A stretch of 64,000 nt of DNA from an uncultured delta proteobacterium. Its GTDB lineage: Bacteria > Desulfobacterota > Binatia > UBA9968. The position numbers and the translations under genes were made by a program. Under the pieces are notes generated by a model. It worked only from the letters and a program-made list of their open reading frames with translations, had not been told where the DNA came from and did not search any database. Each line of letters opens with the position of its first letter. Positions within the stretch are counted from its first letter, which is position 1. Positions 49,479 through 58,708 of this stretch are shown here, one piece after another. Location of the stretch: contig CAVUVW010000017.1 in assembly GCA_963745035.1 (NCBI GenBank), positions 64,001-128,000 on the forward strand, given 5' to 3'.

Positions 49479-49587
49479 AATGCAAAATGAAAAGTGCAAA
49501 AGGCAAAATTGAGACCGAGAGCTGTCCGGGAGCCCCGTCCGATTATTTTTCATTTGTCAATTTGCACTTTGAATTTTGCATTTTTTT
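49479..49587 (+). terminator. Long AT-rich imperfect inverted repeat with T-tail after the AOR gene
   Basis: AATGCAAAATGAAAAGTGCAAA ... TTTGCACTTTGAATTTTGCATT followed by T-run. Confidence 0.55.
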
Positions 49588-49604
49588 AACATCAAGGAGG
49601 AGCC

Positions 49605-49784
49605 ATGCCCACCGATGAAACGCGACGCGTGCTGAAAGTGTTTGGCGTTGCCGTGACGGCCTTCGAGGATGCGGTCGATAAAGGTGCAGCGCCCGAAGAA
49701 CTGCGAAAAGCGGAGGCCGAAGTGAAAACGCGCCTGGAGGAAATCACGATGCTGATCGAACAGCTGCGCGCCAAGAAAAAATAG
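49605..49784 (+). CDS. Small 59-aa helical protein (below the ORF track cutoff)
   Basis: AAGGAGGAG RBS; MPTDETRRVLKVFGVAVTAFEDAVDKGAAPEELRKAEAEVKTRLEEITMLIEQLRAKKK. Confidence 0.75.
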   Translation: MPTDETRRVLKVFGVAVTAFEDAVDKGAAPEELRKAEAEVKTRLEEITMLIEQLRAKKK

Positions 49785-50102
49785 TTACCGTTGCTTTTGC
49801 TGCTGGCTTTCATTTTCCCAATCCCCTTTCAACTCCGCGCCGGGGACGCCGCGAGCAGATCCGTCATCCGCTCAACCACCACCAGGACTGTTGAAGTATC
49901 AGTCAACCCCGATTCAAAATTTCCCTTGACAACGATTCCCACAGCCATAGTCCCCCGACCATTTCATTGCTGCATCGTTTTAAGCTTAGGCCGGCAAAAT
50001 ATTATCGCTCGTGAAATCATGTTACTAACCCGCGCCGGCCGACCTGGATATCTGCTGCCGATTTCGATAACGTTCCCATACCAATCATCATCAGGAAAAG
50101 GG

Positions 50103-50417
50103 ATGAAGGAGCTGGAAGTCACGCTTGAGCAATTGGAGTCAGGTGTCGTCATCCACGTTGTCGGATCCGTGGATAGCACAACCGCTCCCTCTCTGCAGGA
50201 ACCCGTGCTGCATGCCGCTGAAAACTCCAGCGGCGCGCTGCAACTCGATCTGAAGCAGGTCTCGTACCTAAGCAGCGCCGGCATGCGCGTCATGTTGCTG
50301 GCCGCCAAAGCACTGCAAAAACGCGGCGAACGCCTGCGCCTCTTAAATGTCCCGCCGCAAATCCAAAATGTCTTGAGTCTCGCGGGTTTTACATCTTTCA
50401 TCGACGTGAGTTCGTAA
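50103..50417 (+). CDS. STAS anti-sigma-factor antagonist 1
   Basis: GSVDSTTAP, LDLKQVSYLSSAGMRV with phospho-acceptor Ser. Confidence 0.9.
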   Translation: MKELEVTLEQLESGVVIHVVGSVDSTTAPSLQEPVLHAAENSSGALQLDLKQVSYLSSAGMRVMLLAAKALQKRGERLRLLNVPPQIQNVLSLAGFTSFIDVSS

Positions 50418-50426
50418 CTGGGTGCC

Positions 50427-52172
50427 ATGGGCGACTCTAGCATTGAGATCAGGCCGAACATCTGGCAGCAAGTACCCGGCGCCGATTCGGTCGAGATTTT
50501 TCCGATCATCCCCAAGACCAACTGTATTTCCTCAAATTGCTTCATCTTTTCCGCCCGAGACGCGCTGGTTGTCGTCGATCCCGGCGCCAACCGGGAGCAA
50601 ACGCGGCAGATAAGCCGAGTTCTAACCGATGCCCTGGCGCTAGCGCGGCGCCCCGTCCTCGTTTTCCTTACTCATTGCCATCAAGACCACTCACAGGAAG
50701 CGGGCGGTCTCGAACTTCCGATGGGAATAGAAATCAAGCGCTTCGCCCACCAGGCGGGAGTCGAAGCAATGAAAAACAGAGACCCCAACTTGACGGTTGC
50801 TTATCTTTACCTAGGCAACCCCGGCATATGCGTCGCGCCATTCGAGGGAATCTTATTTCACTCAAGCCCGGAGTCCGAGCCATCAGCACTCGAACTGGAA
50901 GACGATCGACGAATCGAACTACATACAGAGCCAATCGCAATGCCCGATGGCGCAACGCTGCAACGCCAATGGCTGTTTCTCGGTGACGGCAATCGGCTTG
51001 AGATCTATCATACCCCCGGGCATTCGCCTTGCAGCATATCGCTGCGAGTTGGATCGTTGCTTATTCTCGGGGATTTGCCCTTTGCCGGCAATCCCGGGGT
51101 GTGTGGACTCAACGGTTGGAACCACGCCGATCTATTGCAAAGCTTGCGCAGCGTGAATTGGCTTCTCGCAACATGCGAAATTGCAGTTTGCTGTCCCGGG
51201 CATGGTTACTGTATTTCGGCGCAAAGCATGCGGCAAAAGTTCCGGATGATGGAGGCCGAGGCCTCCAATCTGACCGATGTCCCGCTCTTGGACGCCGAAC
51301 GCATCAGTGCTCTCAAGATCTACGTGGATGAACTGCTGGAAGAAACGACAGCCCTGTTGACAATCTTTTCCGGCCGCCTGTACACAATGTCCTACTATCT
51401 ATCCTTGCTCGAAGAGGAGAGTGCCGCCGGACGGATTCTTGCGAGCTTGGATATGGACCGGATCGACGGCATCCTGTCCGACTTTCGCCGCATCGCGGAA
51501 TCGTTCAACACGAGCGCCGTACCCGAATGGACCGTGGTGCTCAAGGGGGTGCAGGTCGCCAGGTCACTGAGACTGATTCTTTCCGAAGAGCATGTGCAGC
51601 AACTCCTGGACTTCCACCTCGTTGACCGAGCCCAGCGACGGCTCCTGGACTTCCTGAGCGTCGTGCACGGTCTACAATTTCTTCGGACGGAGCAGCCGAG
51701 AGCCGCAAACGCAGTGATCGCGGAGCTGCTGCAACGGACCAAGAAAGCTCCATCAGCGCAACCCCATGATCTAATGGAAGCGGTCGACGATGAACAAGCT
51801 TTTCTGCAGGCCCTCATGCGCCGGTTGGAAGCGCATTCGCCGCTGCGCGACGTCGATTTTGAATTCGTGCCCTCCGCGCAGGAAACGACCGCAAACATAG
51901 GGGCGGAGCGACTTGACGATATATTGACAAACCTGCTGGAAGGAATGGCCGGAACGGGCGCGAAGCACATCCGCATTGCGGCTCGCCTGGCGTCGGGTGA
52001 CGTGGAAATTCGACTTTCAAGCCGGGAAGGGATTGATCCGGCTGCCTTCGGCAAGCGCCGACTCGACCTTTACAACAGAACGCTCGGGTGGCTCGGCGGG
52101 AGCCTCGAATGCAACCAAAATAATGACGGTGCCGAATTCGTCATGAGGCTTCCGGTGCTCCAGGCAATTTGA
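50427..52172 (+). CDS. MBL-fold metallohydrolase with helical middle region and degenerate HATPase-like C-terminus
   Basis: VVDPG, THCHQDH, HTPGHS, LGD, PGHG; C-terminal ERLDDILTNLLE...LGGSLEC..GAEFVMRLP. Confidence 0.75.
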   Translation: MGDSSIEIRPNIWQQVPGADSVEIFPIIPKTNCISSNCFIFSARDALVVVDPGANREQTRQISRVLTDALALARRPVLVFLTHCHQDHSQEAGGLELPMGIEIKRFAHQAGVEAMKNRDPNLTVAYLYLGNPGICVAPFEGILFHSSPESEPSALELEDDRRIELHTEPIAMPDGATLQRQWLFLGDGNRLEIYHTPGHSPCSISLRVGSLLILGDLPFAGNPGVCGLNGWNHADLLQSLRSVNWLLATCEIAVCCPGHGYCISAQSMRQKFRMMEAEASNLTDVPLLDAERISALKIYVDELLEETTALLTIFSGRLYTMSYYLSLLEEESAAGRILASLDMDRIDGILSDFRRIAESFNTSAVPEWTVVLKGVQVARSLRLILSEEHVQQLLDFHLVDRAQRRLLDFLSVVHGLQFLRTEQPRAANAVIAELLQRTKKAPSAQPHDLMEAVDDEQAFLQALMRRLEAHSPLRDVDFEFVPSAQETTANIGAERLDDILTNLLEGMAGTGAKHIRIAARLASGDVEIRLSSREGIDPAAFGKRRLDLYNRTLGWLGGSLECNQNNDGAEFVMRLPVLQAI

Positions 52173-52179
52173 TCCGCGC

Positions 52180-53415
52180 ATGACCGACCATAGAATTCAG
52201 CACACCATTTTCTTGCTTCTGTTCTTGTTTCTTCCCGCGAGGCTGCTTGCCGAAGACATCGTAATCGGCATGTCGGCGGCATTTACCGGAACCTCGAAAA
52301 GCCTTGGCATCGAGCTTTACCGGGGTTCGATGGCCTACATTGAGCATGCCAATCGAACCGGAGGAGTTCACGGCCGGAAGATCGTTATCAAAGCCTACGA
52401 CGATAGTTATAACCCCATTCCTGCGATTCAAAACACCATCAAACTCGTTGAGGAAGACAACGCATTTATTCTTTTTAATTATGTCGGCACTCCCACGGTG
52501 ACCAGGGTCCTGCCCCTCCTCAAGAGCTATAACAATAAGTTCATCTACCTTTTTTCTCCGTTTACGGGGGCGCAACCCCTCAGGCAGCCTCCCTATGGTG
52601 AATATGTTTTTAATCTGCGGGCTTCGTACCAGGATGAGATCGAGGGATTGGTCAATAACTTTGTGTTGGCCGGGAGAAAGAGGATAGCGGTTTTCTATCA
52701 AGCCGACGCTTATGGAAGAGGCGGATGGGACGGAGTCAGAAAAGCGCTCGCGAAGAATTCGGGTCTGAAAATGGTCGGCGAGGCAACCTATCGGAGGGGA
52801 GCCGAACATTCTCAGAGCTTCATGGAACAGGTCGATATTCTCAGGAAGACGTCCCCGGATGCCGTCATATCCATCGGTGCTTACGCCGTCTGCGCTGCGT
52901 TTATCAGAGACGCTCGGGACGCCGGGCTGAATGTTCCGATCGCGAATCTTTCTTTTGTGGGCAGTGAGAGCATGACCGACCTCCTGCTTCAGAGCAGTCG
53001 TTCTGCGGGAAAGGACTATACGAAAGATCTGATCAATTCGCAGGTGGTGCCGAGCTATGAGGATACAGCTCTGCCGGCGGTTCGGGAATATCGGCAACTG
53101 ATGGAAAAGTACCGCCCGCTGCCACCTAGGGATCTCATGGCAGAAGGATATACGGCGCTGCCGCACAGCTATGTCAGTTTCGAGGGTTTTATGAACGCAA
53201 AACTTCTCGTTGCTTTCCTAAAAAAAATGGGACCAGGTCCAACAAAAAGCCGCATTAAAGGAATCGTCGAAAGCATGAATAGTGCCGATTTGGGAATCGA
53301 TGCGCCGGTCACTTTCGGACCGCATAAGCATCAGGGGTTGGACAAGGTCTTTTTCACCACGATGAAAGGTGACCGGTTTGTTCCGCTGTCGGATTGGCAG
53401 GGGTGGGATAAATGA
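52180..53415 (+). CDS. Type I periplasmic binding protein (LivJ/branched-chain-like)
   Basis: Signal peptide, IGMSAAFTG, GGVHGRKI..YDDSY.P, VGTPT, LRASY, SFEGF. Confidence 0.88.
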   Translation: MTDHRIQHTIFLLLFLFLPARLLAEDIVIGMSAAFTGTSKSLGIELYRGSMAYIEHANRTGGVHGRKIVIKAYDDSYNPIPAIQNTIKLVEEDNAFILFNYVGTPTVTRVLPLLKSYNNKFIYLFSPFTGAQPLRQPPYGEYVFNLRASYQDEIEGLVNNFVLAGRKRIAVFYQADAYGRGGWDGVRKALAKNSGLKMVGEATYRRGAEHSQSFMEQVDILRKTSPDAVISIGAYAVCAAFIRDARDAGLNVPIANLSFVGSESMTDLLLQSSRSAGKDYTKDLINSQVVPSYEDTALPAVREYRQLMEKYRPLPPRDLMAEGYTALPHSYVSFEGFMNAKLLVAFLKKMGPGPTKSRIKGIVESMNSADLGIDAPVTFGPHKHQGLDKVFFTTMKGDRFVPLSDWQGWDK

Positions 53416-55367
53416 CCCGGGCGAGCCTCTTTACCAAGACCCTTGTGCTCATTGTTGTTTTGTTCGGCATCATTGCCTCCGCCACCTCGATTCTCTCGGG
53501 CTGGAACCTTTACCGTAATCTTACCCAAGAGTATCAAAGCAAAGGCGTGGCGATTGCCAAGAGTATCGCCGATTCGAGCGTGGAACTGTTATTGAATGCG
53601 GATGTGTCGACGATCCAGTCCGTGGTAGACCAGTTCACCGAGATCGAGGGAGTCTCTTATGTGATCGTCTTCGACGGCCAAGGCGAGGCCATTTCTCACA
53701 CCTTTGTTCCCACCGTTCCGGGGGATGTGCTGGAGCTACAGAGGCAAACCCGAACTCAGGCCTTTAACGGCGGAGCGCTTACGAACAACTTGCGCGTTGA
53801 AGGAATGGGAGATTTCCTGGACATCGCCCTTCCGATACTGGCGGGCGTCGCGGGATACGTGCACGTGGGAATGGATAGAAGTTTGATCCGTTCGCGCATT
53901 TGGTCTGCTGTGGCGACGCAGCAAGCACTTATGTTCATAATTTTTTCATTGAGCGTGTTGGTCGCTTATGCTTTGGTGAGCAGGATCTCTCAACCGCTCA
54001 AACAGCTCGCGGGCCACGCCGGGAAACTGGCGACGCAGGACTTTTCCGAACCGGTGACCGGGCCATCGGACATCGACGGCCTGCCCAAAAAATCCCGTGA
54101 TGAGGTGGGGGAACTGGCCGAGTCCTTCATCACCATGGAGCGCGCTCTAAGGCAGTCAGTCAGAGAGCTGAAGGAGACCACGGCAGCCAAAGAACGGATT
54201 GAGAGCGAGCTGAAAATTGCCCGCGACATCCAGATGAGCATGGTGCCGAAGCTATTTCCTCCGTTTCCGCTCAGACCCGAGTTTGACCTTTATGCGACGC
54301 TGGTTCCGGCACGCGAAGTGGGCGGAGACTTTTATGATTTCTTTTTCATCGATGACAACCGCCTCTGTTTCGCCATCGGCGATGTATCCGGCAAAGGGGT
54401 TCCAGCATCTTTGTTTATGGCCGTGACCACAACCCTGTTTAGGACTACAGCCGTTAGAGTGAGCCGGCCGGATGAAATATTATTTCTGTTGAATCGCGAG
54501 TTGTGTCGCGGCAATGAATCATGCATGTTCGTCACCGTTTTTTGCGCCATTTTGGATACTCGCACGGGAGAGGTGGAATACAGCAATGGCGGCCACAATC
54601 TTCCCTACTTTGTCAGCCATGCTGAAACTCGGCCTTTGAAAAATACCGGAGGGATGGCCCTCGGATTTACGCAGGATGTAACGTATCGGTCGGAGAAAAT
54701 CATGCTTCGGGCTGGGGATGGACTTTTTCTTTACACGGACGGCGTGACCGAAGCGATGGATGAGGGAGGAAATCAGTTTTCCGAGCCTCGTTTGGCGGAG
54801 TTTCTGCACCAGGCCAACGGCTCTTCGGCAACGGAAATCATCCGCAGCGTAGTGAATAAGGTGGGACGCCATTCTGCTGGCGCTCCCCAATCGGACGATA
54901 TTACCGCCTTGACTTTGAAATACTTGCTGACCGCAGGGGAAACGACGAGCGAAACCATCGTCGTCGAGCTCAAAAACAACCTTCCGGAAATTGAGCGACT
55001 CGCCCGCATCGCTGATGATTTCGGGCGGCGCCATCAGTTAAACGCGGAAACCTTGCACAACGTGAAGGTCGGGTTGGACGAGATTCTGACCAACGTCATC
55101 TCTTATGCCTACGCCGATGGCGGAGAGCATAGCATTATCACTCGCTTCTCCCTGGAGCAGGGAAGATTGACCATTGCAGTGGAGGATGACGGGAGACCGT
55201 TCAATCCGCTAAACGCCCCTGAGCCGGACACGAAGCAGTTGCTGGAAGAGCGGCCTTTAGGCGGTTTGGGAATTCATCTCGTGCGAAAATTGATCGATGA
55301 ATTGGAATATCGAAGGCAGAACGACAGAAACATTCTGGTTATGAGATTGAAGGTAAAAGGGGCGTGA
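53412..55367 (+). CDS. Membrane sensor: 2TM-periplasmic domain-HAMP-PP2C (SpoIIE) phosphatase-RsbW-type kinase fusion
   Basis: SRDEVGELA HAMP; VGGDFYD, GDVSGKG, YTDGVTE, DDIT; EILTNVISY, EDDGRPFNP, GGLGIHL. Confidence 0.9.
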   Translation: MTRASLFTKTLVLIVVLFGIIASATSILSGWNLYRNLTQEYQSKGVAIAKSIADSSVELLLNADVSTIQSVVDQFTEIEGVSYVIVFDGQGEAISHTFVPTVPGDVLELQRQTRTQAFNGGALTNNLRVEGMGDFLDIALPILAGVAGYVHVGMDRSLIRSRIWSAVATQQALMFIIFSLSVLVAYALVSRISQPLKQLAGHAGKLATQDFSEPVTGPSDIDGLPKKSRDEVGELAESFITMERALRQSVRELKETTAAKERIESELKIARDIQMSMVPKLFPPFPLRPEFDLYATLVPAREVGGDFYDFFFIDDNRLCFAIGDVSGKGVPASLFMAVTTTLFRTTAVRVSRPDEILFLLNRELCRGNESCMFVTVFCAILDTRTGEVEYSNGGHNLPYFVSHAETRPLKNTGGMALGFTQDVTYRSEKIMLRAGDGLFLYTDGVTEAMDEGGNQFSEPRLAEFLHQANGSSATEIIRSVVNKVGRHSAGAPQSDDITALTLKYLLTAGETTSETIVVELKNNLPEIERLARIADDFGRRHQLNAETLHNVKVGLDEILTNVISYAYADGGEHSIITRFSLEQGRLTIAVEDDGRPFNPLNAPEPDTKQLLEERPLGGLGIHLVRKLIDELEYRRQNDRNILVMRLKVKGA

Positions 55368-55705
55368 CCATGGACATCCACGAAGAGAGAAAAGACGGGT
55401 TTCTCATTCTCGGTCTCGAAGGACAGCTCGACGCCGGCAGCTCGAAGACGTTTGAGGAAAAAATTCTCGCGGTGATCGATCGAGGAGAGACACGGTTTGT
55501 TGTTGACCTCTCCCGGCTCGACTACGTCAGCAGCGCCGGACTCAGGGTCTTTCTCCTCGCGTCGAAACGATTGCATCTCTCAGGCAATAAACTTGTCCTT
55601 TGCTCCCTGCAGGAACCCGTCAAGGAAGTCTTTGAAATCGTCGGCTTTTTCGCCATTTTTTCGATAGTTAATTCCAAAGATGAGGCGTTAAAAAGCTTTC
55701 GATAG
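55364..55705 (+). CDS. STAS anti-sigma-factor antagonist 2
   Basis: GQLDAGSS, VDLSRLDYVSSAGLRV; GTGA overlap with the upstream stop. Confidence 0.9.
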   Translation: MTMDIHEERKDGFLILGLEGQLDAGSSKTFEEKILAVIDRGETRFVVDLSRLDYVSSAGLRVFLLASKRLHLSGNKLVLCSLQEPVKEVFEIVGFFAIFSIVNSKDEALKSFR

Positions 55706-55829
55706 CTCTTTCTCTACCAGGTTCGAGTCATTACGCCGGCTATCGAAACTCGAACTCTTCGGTGATAATCCGGTCGGCTGGTATGCCGATCTCTCGAAAC
55801 TGCCGGGCGAGATCCGAAACGAAGCTTAA

Positions 55830-56043
55830 TTGGCCGCACGGCACCGAGTATCTGCTGGCGCGCGCCTGCAAGGATCACGATTGCGCCGACAACAACACAG
55901 TGTTGCTTTACTCGGCGGCGCAGGGCGTGGTGTACGGGAAAGTTTATCGCCAGCGCAGATCAACTTTGATCGGCGCACCGCCGCCGGCGGTGGCGAGCAA
56001 ATTGGATCGTTTGTGGCAGGCCGAATGGCGGCCGAATCGATAA
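55830..56043 (+). pseudogene. C-terminal remnant of an Ivy (inhibitor of vertebrate lysozyme) family gene
   Basis: GTEYLLARACKDHDCADN resembles the Ivy CKPHDC loop; no signal peptide or N-terminal half. Confidence 0.65.
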
Positions 56044-56417
56044 CGAACGGCGCGATCAGCGACGCTAAATCTAGCCAAGCGTATTTGAAATTCTCCGACT
56101 ATGACAGGCGCAGAGCATGTCCTGAGCCACTTCGTCTGCATCGTGTCATGCTCGAAGGCAACTGATTTCATCATTTCCCGCGCGGCAAAGTTTCAAGATA
56201 GTTGTGTCGTAGAAGTCTGATCACCGAACCGAACGCGCAGGGAAAACGCGGCCGCATTCGCTCACCGTCGCGGACCCTGCCTCACCCGGATGATCGGGCG
56301 AACATCTTCACTCGGTTTCTCAAAATTTAGGAATAGACCTAATGGAGATGCCATACATCGATCGGAATATCGCAACAGGGCTGGAAAAATCCTCTGCTGA
56401 TGATAAAGGATCAAATT

Positions 56418-56792
56418 ATGGAAATTACCAAGCGCACGACGGCGGATATTGTTACTCTAAGCCTATCCGGAAGATTGGACTCGACCACCGCGAAGACGTT
56501 TGAGGATACAATTCTCGGCGGAATAGAATCGGGTGACCGCCGCCTCGTTATCGATCTTTCGCAACTCGATTATATCAGCAGCGCGGGCTTGCGCGTGTTC
56601 GCCCTTGCGGGCAAGCGTCTCAAAAACGCGAACGGCAAGCTAGTGTTGTGCGCGTTTAAGAAAACGATTCCCTACAACACCCTGAACCGTATCCCGGATC
56701 CAGTCAGAGAAGTGTTCGACACATCCGGGTTTTCGTTGATTTTTCCCACTTACGGCTCCCACGACGATGCAATCGAGGCACTTCAAGCGTAA
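56418..56792 (+). CDS. STAS anti-sigma-factor antagonist 3 (with about 12-aa insertion)
   Basis: GRLDSTTA, IDLSQLDYISSAGLRV; AAGGA RBS. Confidence 0.88.
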   Translation: MEITKRTTADIVTLSLSGRLDSTTAKTFEDTILGGIESGDRRLVIDLSQLDYISSAGLRVFALAGKRLKNANGKLVLCAFKKTIPYNTLNRIPDPVREVFDTSGFSLIFPTYGSHDDAIEALQA

Positions 56793-56895
56793 ACATGAGT
56801 GCTTTACAATTCAGATCCGATCCGCCGCCTCGACAACTTTGTTGGTATTCACCTAAGGAATGGGCCGGCATCCAGTGAGCGTGCACAAAGGCGTG

Positions 56896-58239
56896 ATGCT
56901 CAGAAATTCTCTTGGCAGGTGGTTGCCCAGCCTCGAGGCATGCCGACCGGGTTGGATTCTGACCACCGGATCTCTGATCATCACGACTGTTCTCTGGATC
57001 GCCGGCCGATTCTCGGGGGAGATTCTGCCTGGCTTCTGGCCGTGGCGCGGGCTCGCTCAGCTCACCGTCTTATGGTCGGTTACTCTGATGGCAATTGCCA
57101 TGCTCGCGGTCGTTCGCGCTCACGCGCTGGAGCCCGTTTTTGGCGGTCTCGATCGCGCGGTGCGCTTCCATAGAATCCTCGGGCCATCGGCCATCTTGCT
57201 CTTGATCGCACACGTCATTTTCCTGGCTCTGGTACAAATTGAAGGCGGCGCTTCTATCGGCGACATGTTGATCCCGTTCTGGTCGGAGTCGGCGCGTTCG
57301 ATCGATATCATCGTCTTCTATTTGCTTTTGCTGCTTGGCGGCCTTGCCTATGACCGCCGCATGAGCTACGAGCGCTGGCTGTCGGTTCATCGGCTGACCG
57401 GCCTGGTTTTTCTCGGCGGTACTGCGCACGCAGCGATGGAACCCGGAACCATCGCCGACTTCGAGCCGCTGAGAACATGGATCGTGATTTTAGTCTTGGC
57501 CGGTGGAGCTGCGTGGCTCTATCGAGTCGTGCTGTTCAACCGGCTTGGACCGCGCTATCGCTACTGGCTCGAGACGGTCGTTCCACGCGGTGGCAATATC
57601 ATCGATCTTGTGATGCGCCCAGTCGACCGGCGCATGATTTACGAGCCCGGCACATTTGTTTTTCTGCGCGTCCCCGATATGGAAGGGCAGCAAAAAGAAC
57701 TTCATCCTTTTTCGATCTCCTCGACGCCGGTGAACCGGGGTCTGCGCTTGTCCATCCGGACAGTCGGGGGTTTCACGCGCCGCCTATCCTCGCTCGATCT
57801 CGGGACGCAGCTAGACGTCTACGGCCCGTTCGGCGGCTTTACTTCCCACCGTTTCGCTCATTTTCGCCGGATTGTCTGTATCGGCGCGGGCATTGGCATC
57901 ACGCCGTTCCTCGGCATGCTCGCTTTTGAGCTCAGCAATCACGATTTCCGCCGAATCTGGCTCTATTACATCGCCCGCGACGAGCAGGACGCGGTCTATG
58001 ACTCGGAAATCCGCGAGAGTTATTTGGAGGCGGAGTCGTATATTGAATATGAGCTATGGCTAACAGCGCGCCGTGGGCGGATCACCGCAGCTCAGGTTGC
58101 AGCGGACATTGCGCCCTTGGACGACTATGCAGTGATGTTGTGCGGTCAGCAAAGTTTCATATGGGACATCGCCCGACAGTTCCGAGCGCTCGGCGTCCCG
58201 CGCGACCGGATTATTACCGAAGAGTTCGAATTCCGCTAG
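56896..58239 (+). CDS. Ferric-reductase-like diheme TM domain plus FAD/NAD(P)H domain (bacterial NOX-like)
   Basis: FHR..AH and VHR..AH bis-His pairs; HPFSISS, GPFG, GAGIGITPF, LCG, EEF. Confidence 0.88.
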   Translation: MLRNSLGRWLPSLEACRPGWILTTGSLIITTVLWIAGRFSGEILPGFWPWRGLAQLTVLWSVTLMAIAMLAVVRAHALEPVFGGLDRAVRFHRILGPSAILLLIAHVIFLALVQIEGGASIGDMLIPFWSESARSIDIIVFYLLLLLGGLAYDRRMSYERWLSVHRLTGLVFLGGTAHAAMEPGTIADFEPLRTWIVILVLAGGAAWLYRVVLFNRLGPRYRYWLETVVPRGGNIIDLVMRPVDRRMIYEPGTFVFLRVPDMEGQQKELHPFSISSTPVNRGLRLSIRTVGGFTRRLSSLDLGTQLDVYGPFGGFTSHRFAHFRRIVCIGAGIGITPFLGMLAFELSNHDFRRIWLYYIARDEQDAVYDSEIRESYLEAESYIEYELWLTARRGRITAAQVAADIAPLDDYAVMLCGQQSFIWDIARQFRALGVPRDRIITEEFEFR

Positions 58240-58279
58240 CCGTCCCTAGCGGAGAATCAGGCGAAATTTTGACTCTCGA

Positions 58280-58603
58280 TTGGACACGATCAAGGTGTGG
58301 ACGGCAATTCGACGGCTACTATTCGGGTTGAGTCTGATCCTGCTGGCTTCAGCTATGCTGCTGATTTCAGCAAACCACTCGCAGCGAGAAGATCTATTCA
58401 AATTAGATTTAAGCGTTCCAATGCTCTTTGAAAAATATCGCAACACCTTGAATGGACCTCCGCGGCCAACGAGTACACGGTCTCAATGGAAGGATTCACG
58501 GTACGTGAGGCCAGTGCTGCGGAGGCCATCCGAGTTGAGCGATGACTTACATGCGCAAGGATTGATCGTGAATACCGGGTTCGGGAACAGGGTCAATCTT
58601 TGA
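58280..58603 (+). pseudogene. Possible remnant: signal-anchor-like N-terminus then unrelated sequence
   Basis: AIRRLLFGLSLILLASAMLLIS leader followed by non-protein-like tail. Confidence 0.3.
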
Positions 58604-58708
58604 TTTGAGATTCGAATCTGGGGCCAAGCCTTTCAATATTGCGACTCTGAAAATCCACTATTCCTAAGCTGAACTAAGCTCTTTCAGCTTTACATATGTA
58701 TTTCCGCC

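Larger units (their letters stand above)
49800..58700. mobile_element. Probable horizontally acquired lower-GC island (boundaries approximate; no integrase seen)
   Basis: Spot count 25/60 GC at 52441-52500 vs 43/60 at 4261-4320; AT-ending codons; gene remnants inside. Confidence 0.5.

Noticed and set aside
49791-50102. N-terminal extension of STAS1 (208-aa ORF)
   Set aside because: Non-protein-like; ATG at 50103 has a purine-rich RBS and gives a normal-length STAS
49785-58708. att sites, tRNA target or integrase for the island
   Set aside because: None found by eye; island status rests on composition and remnants only
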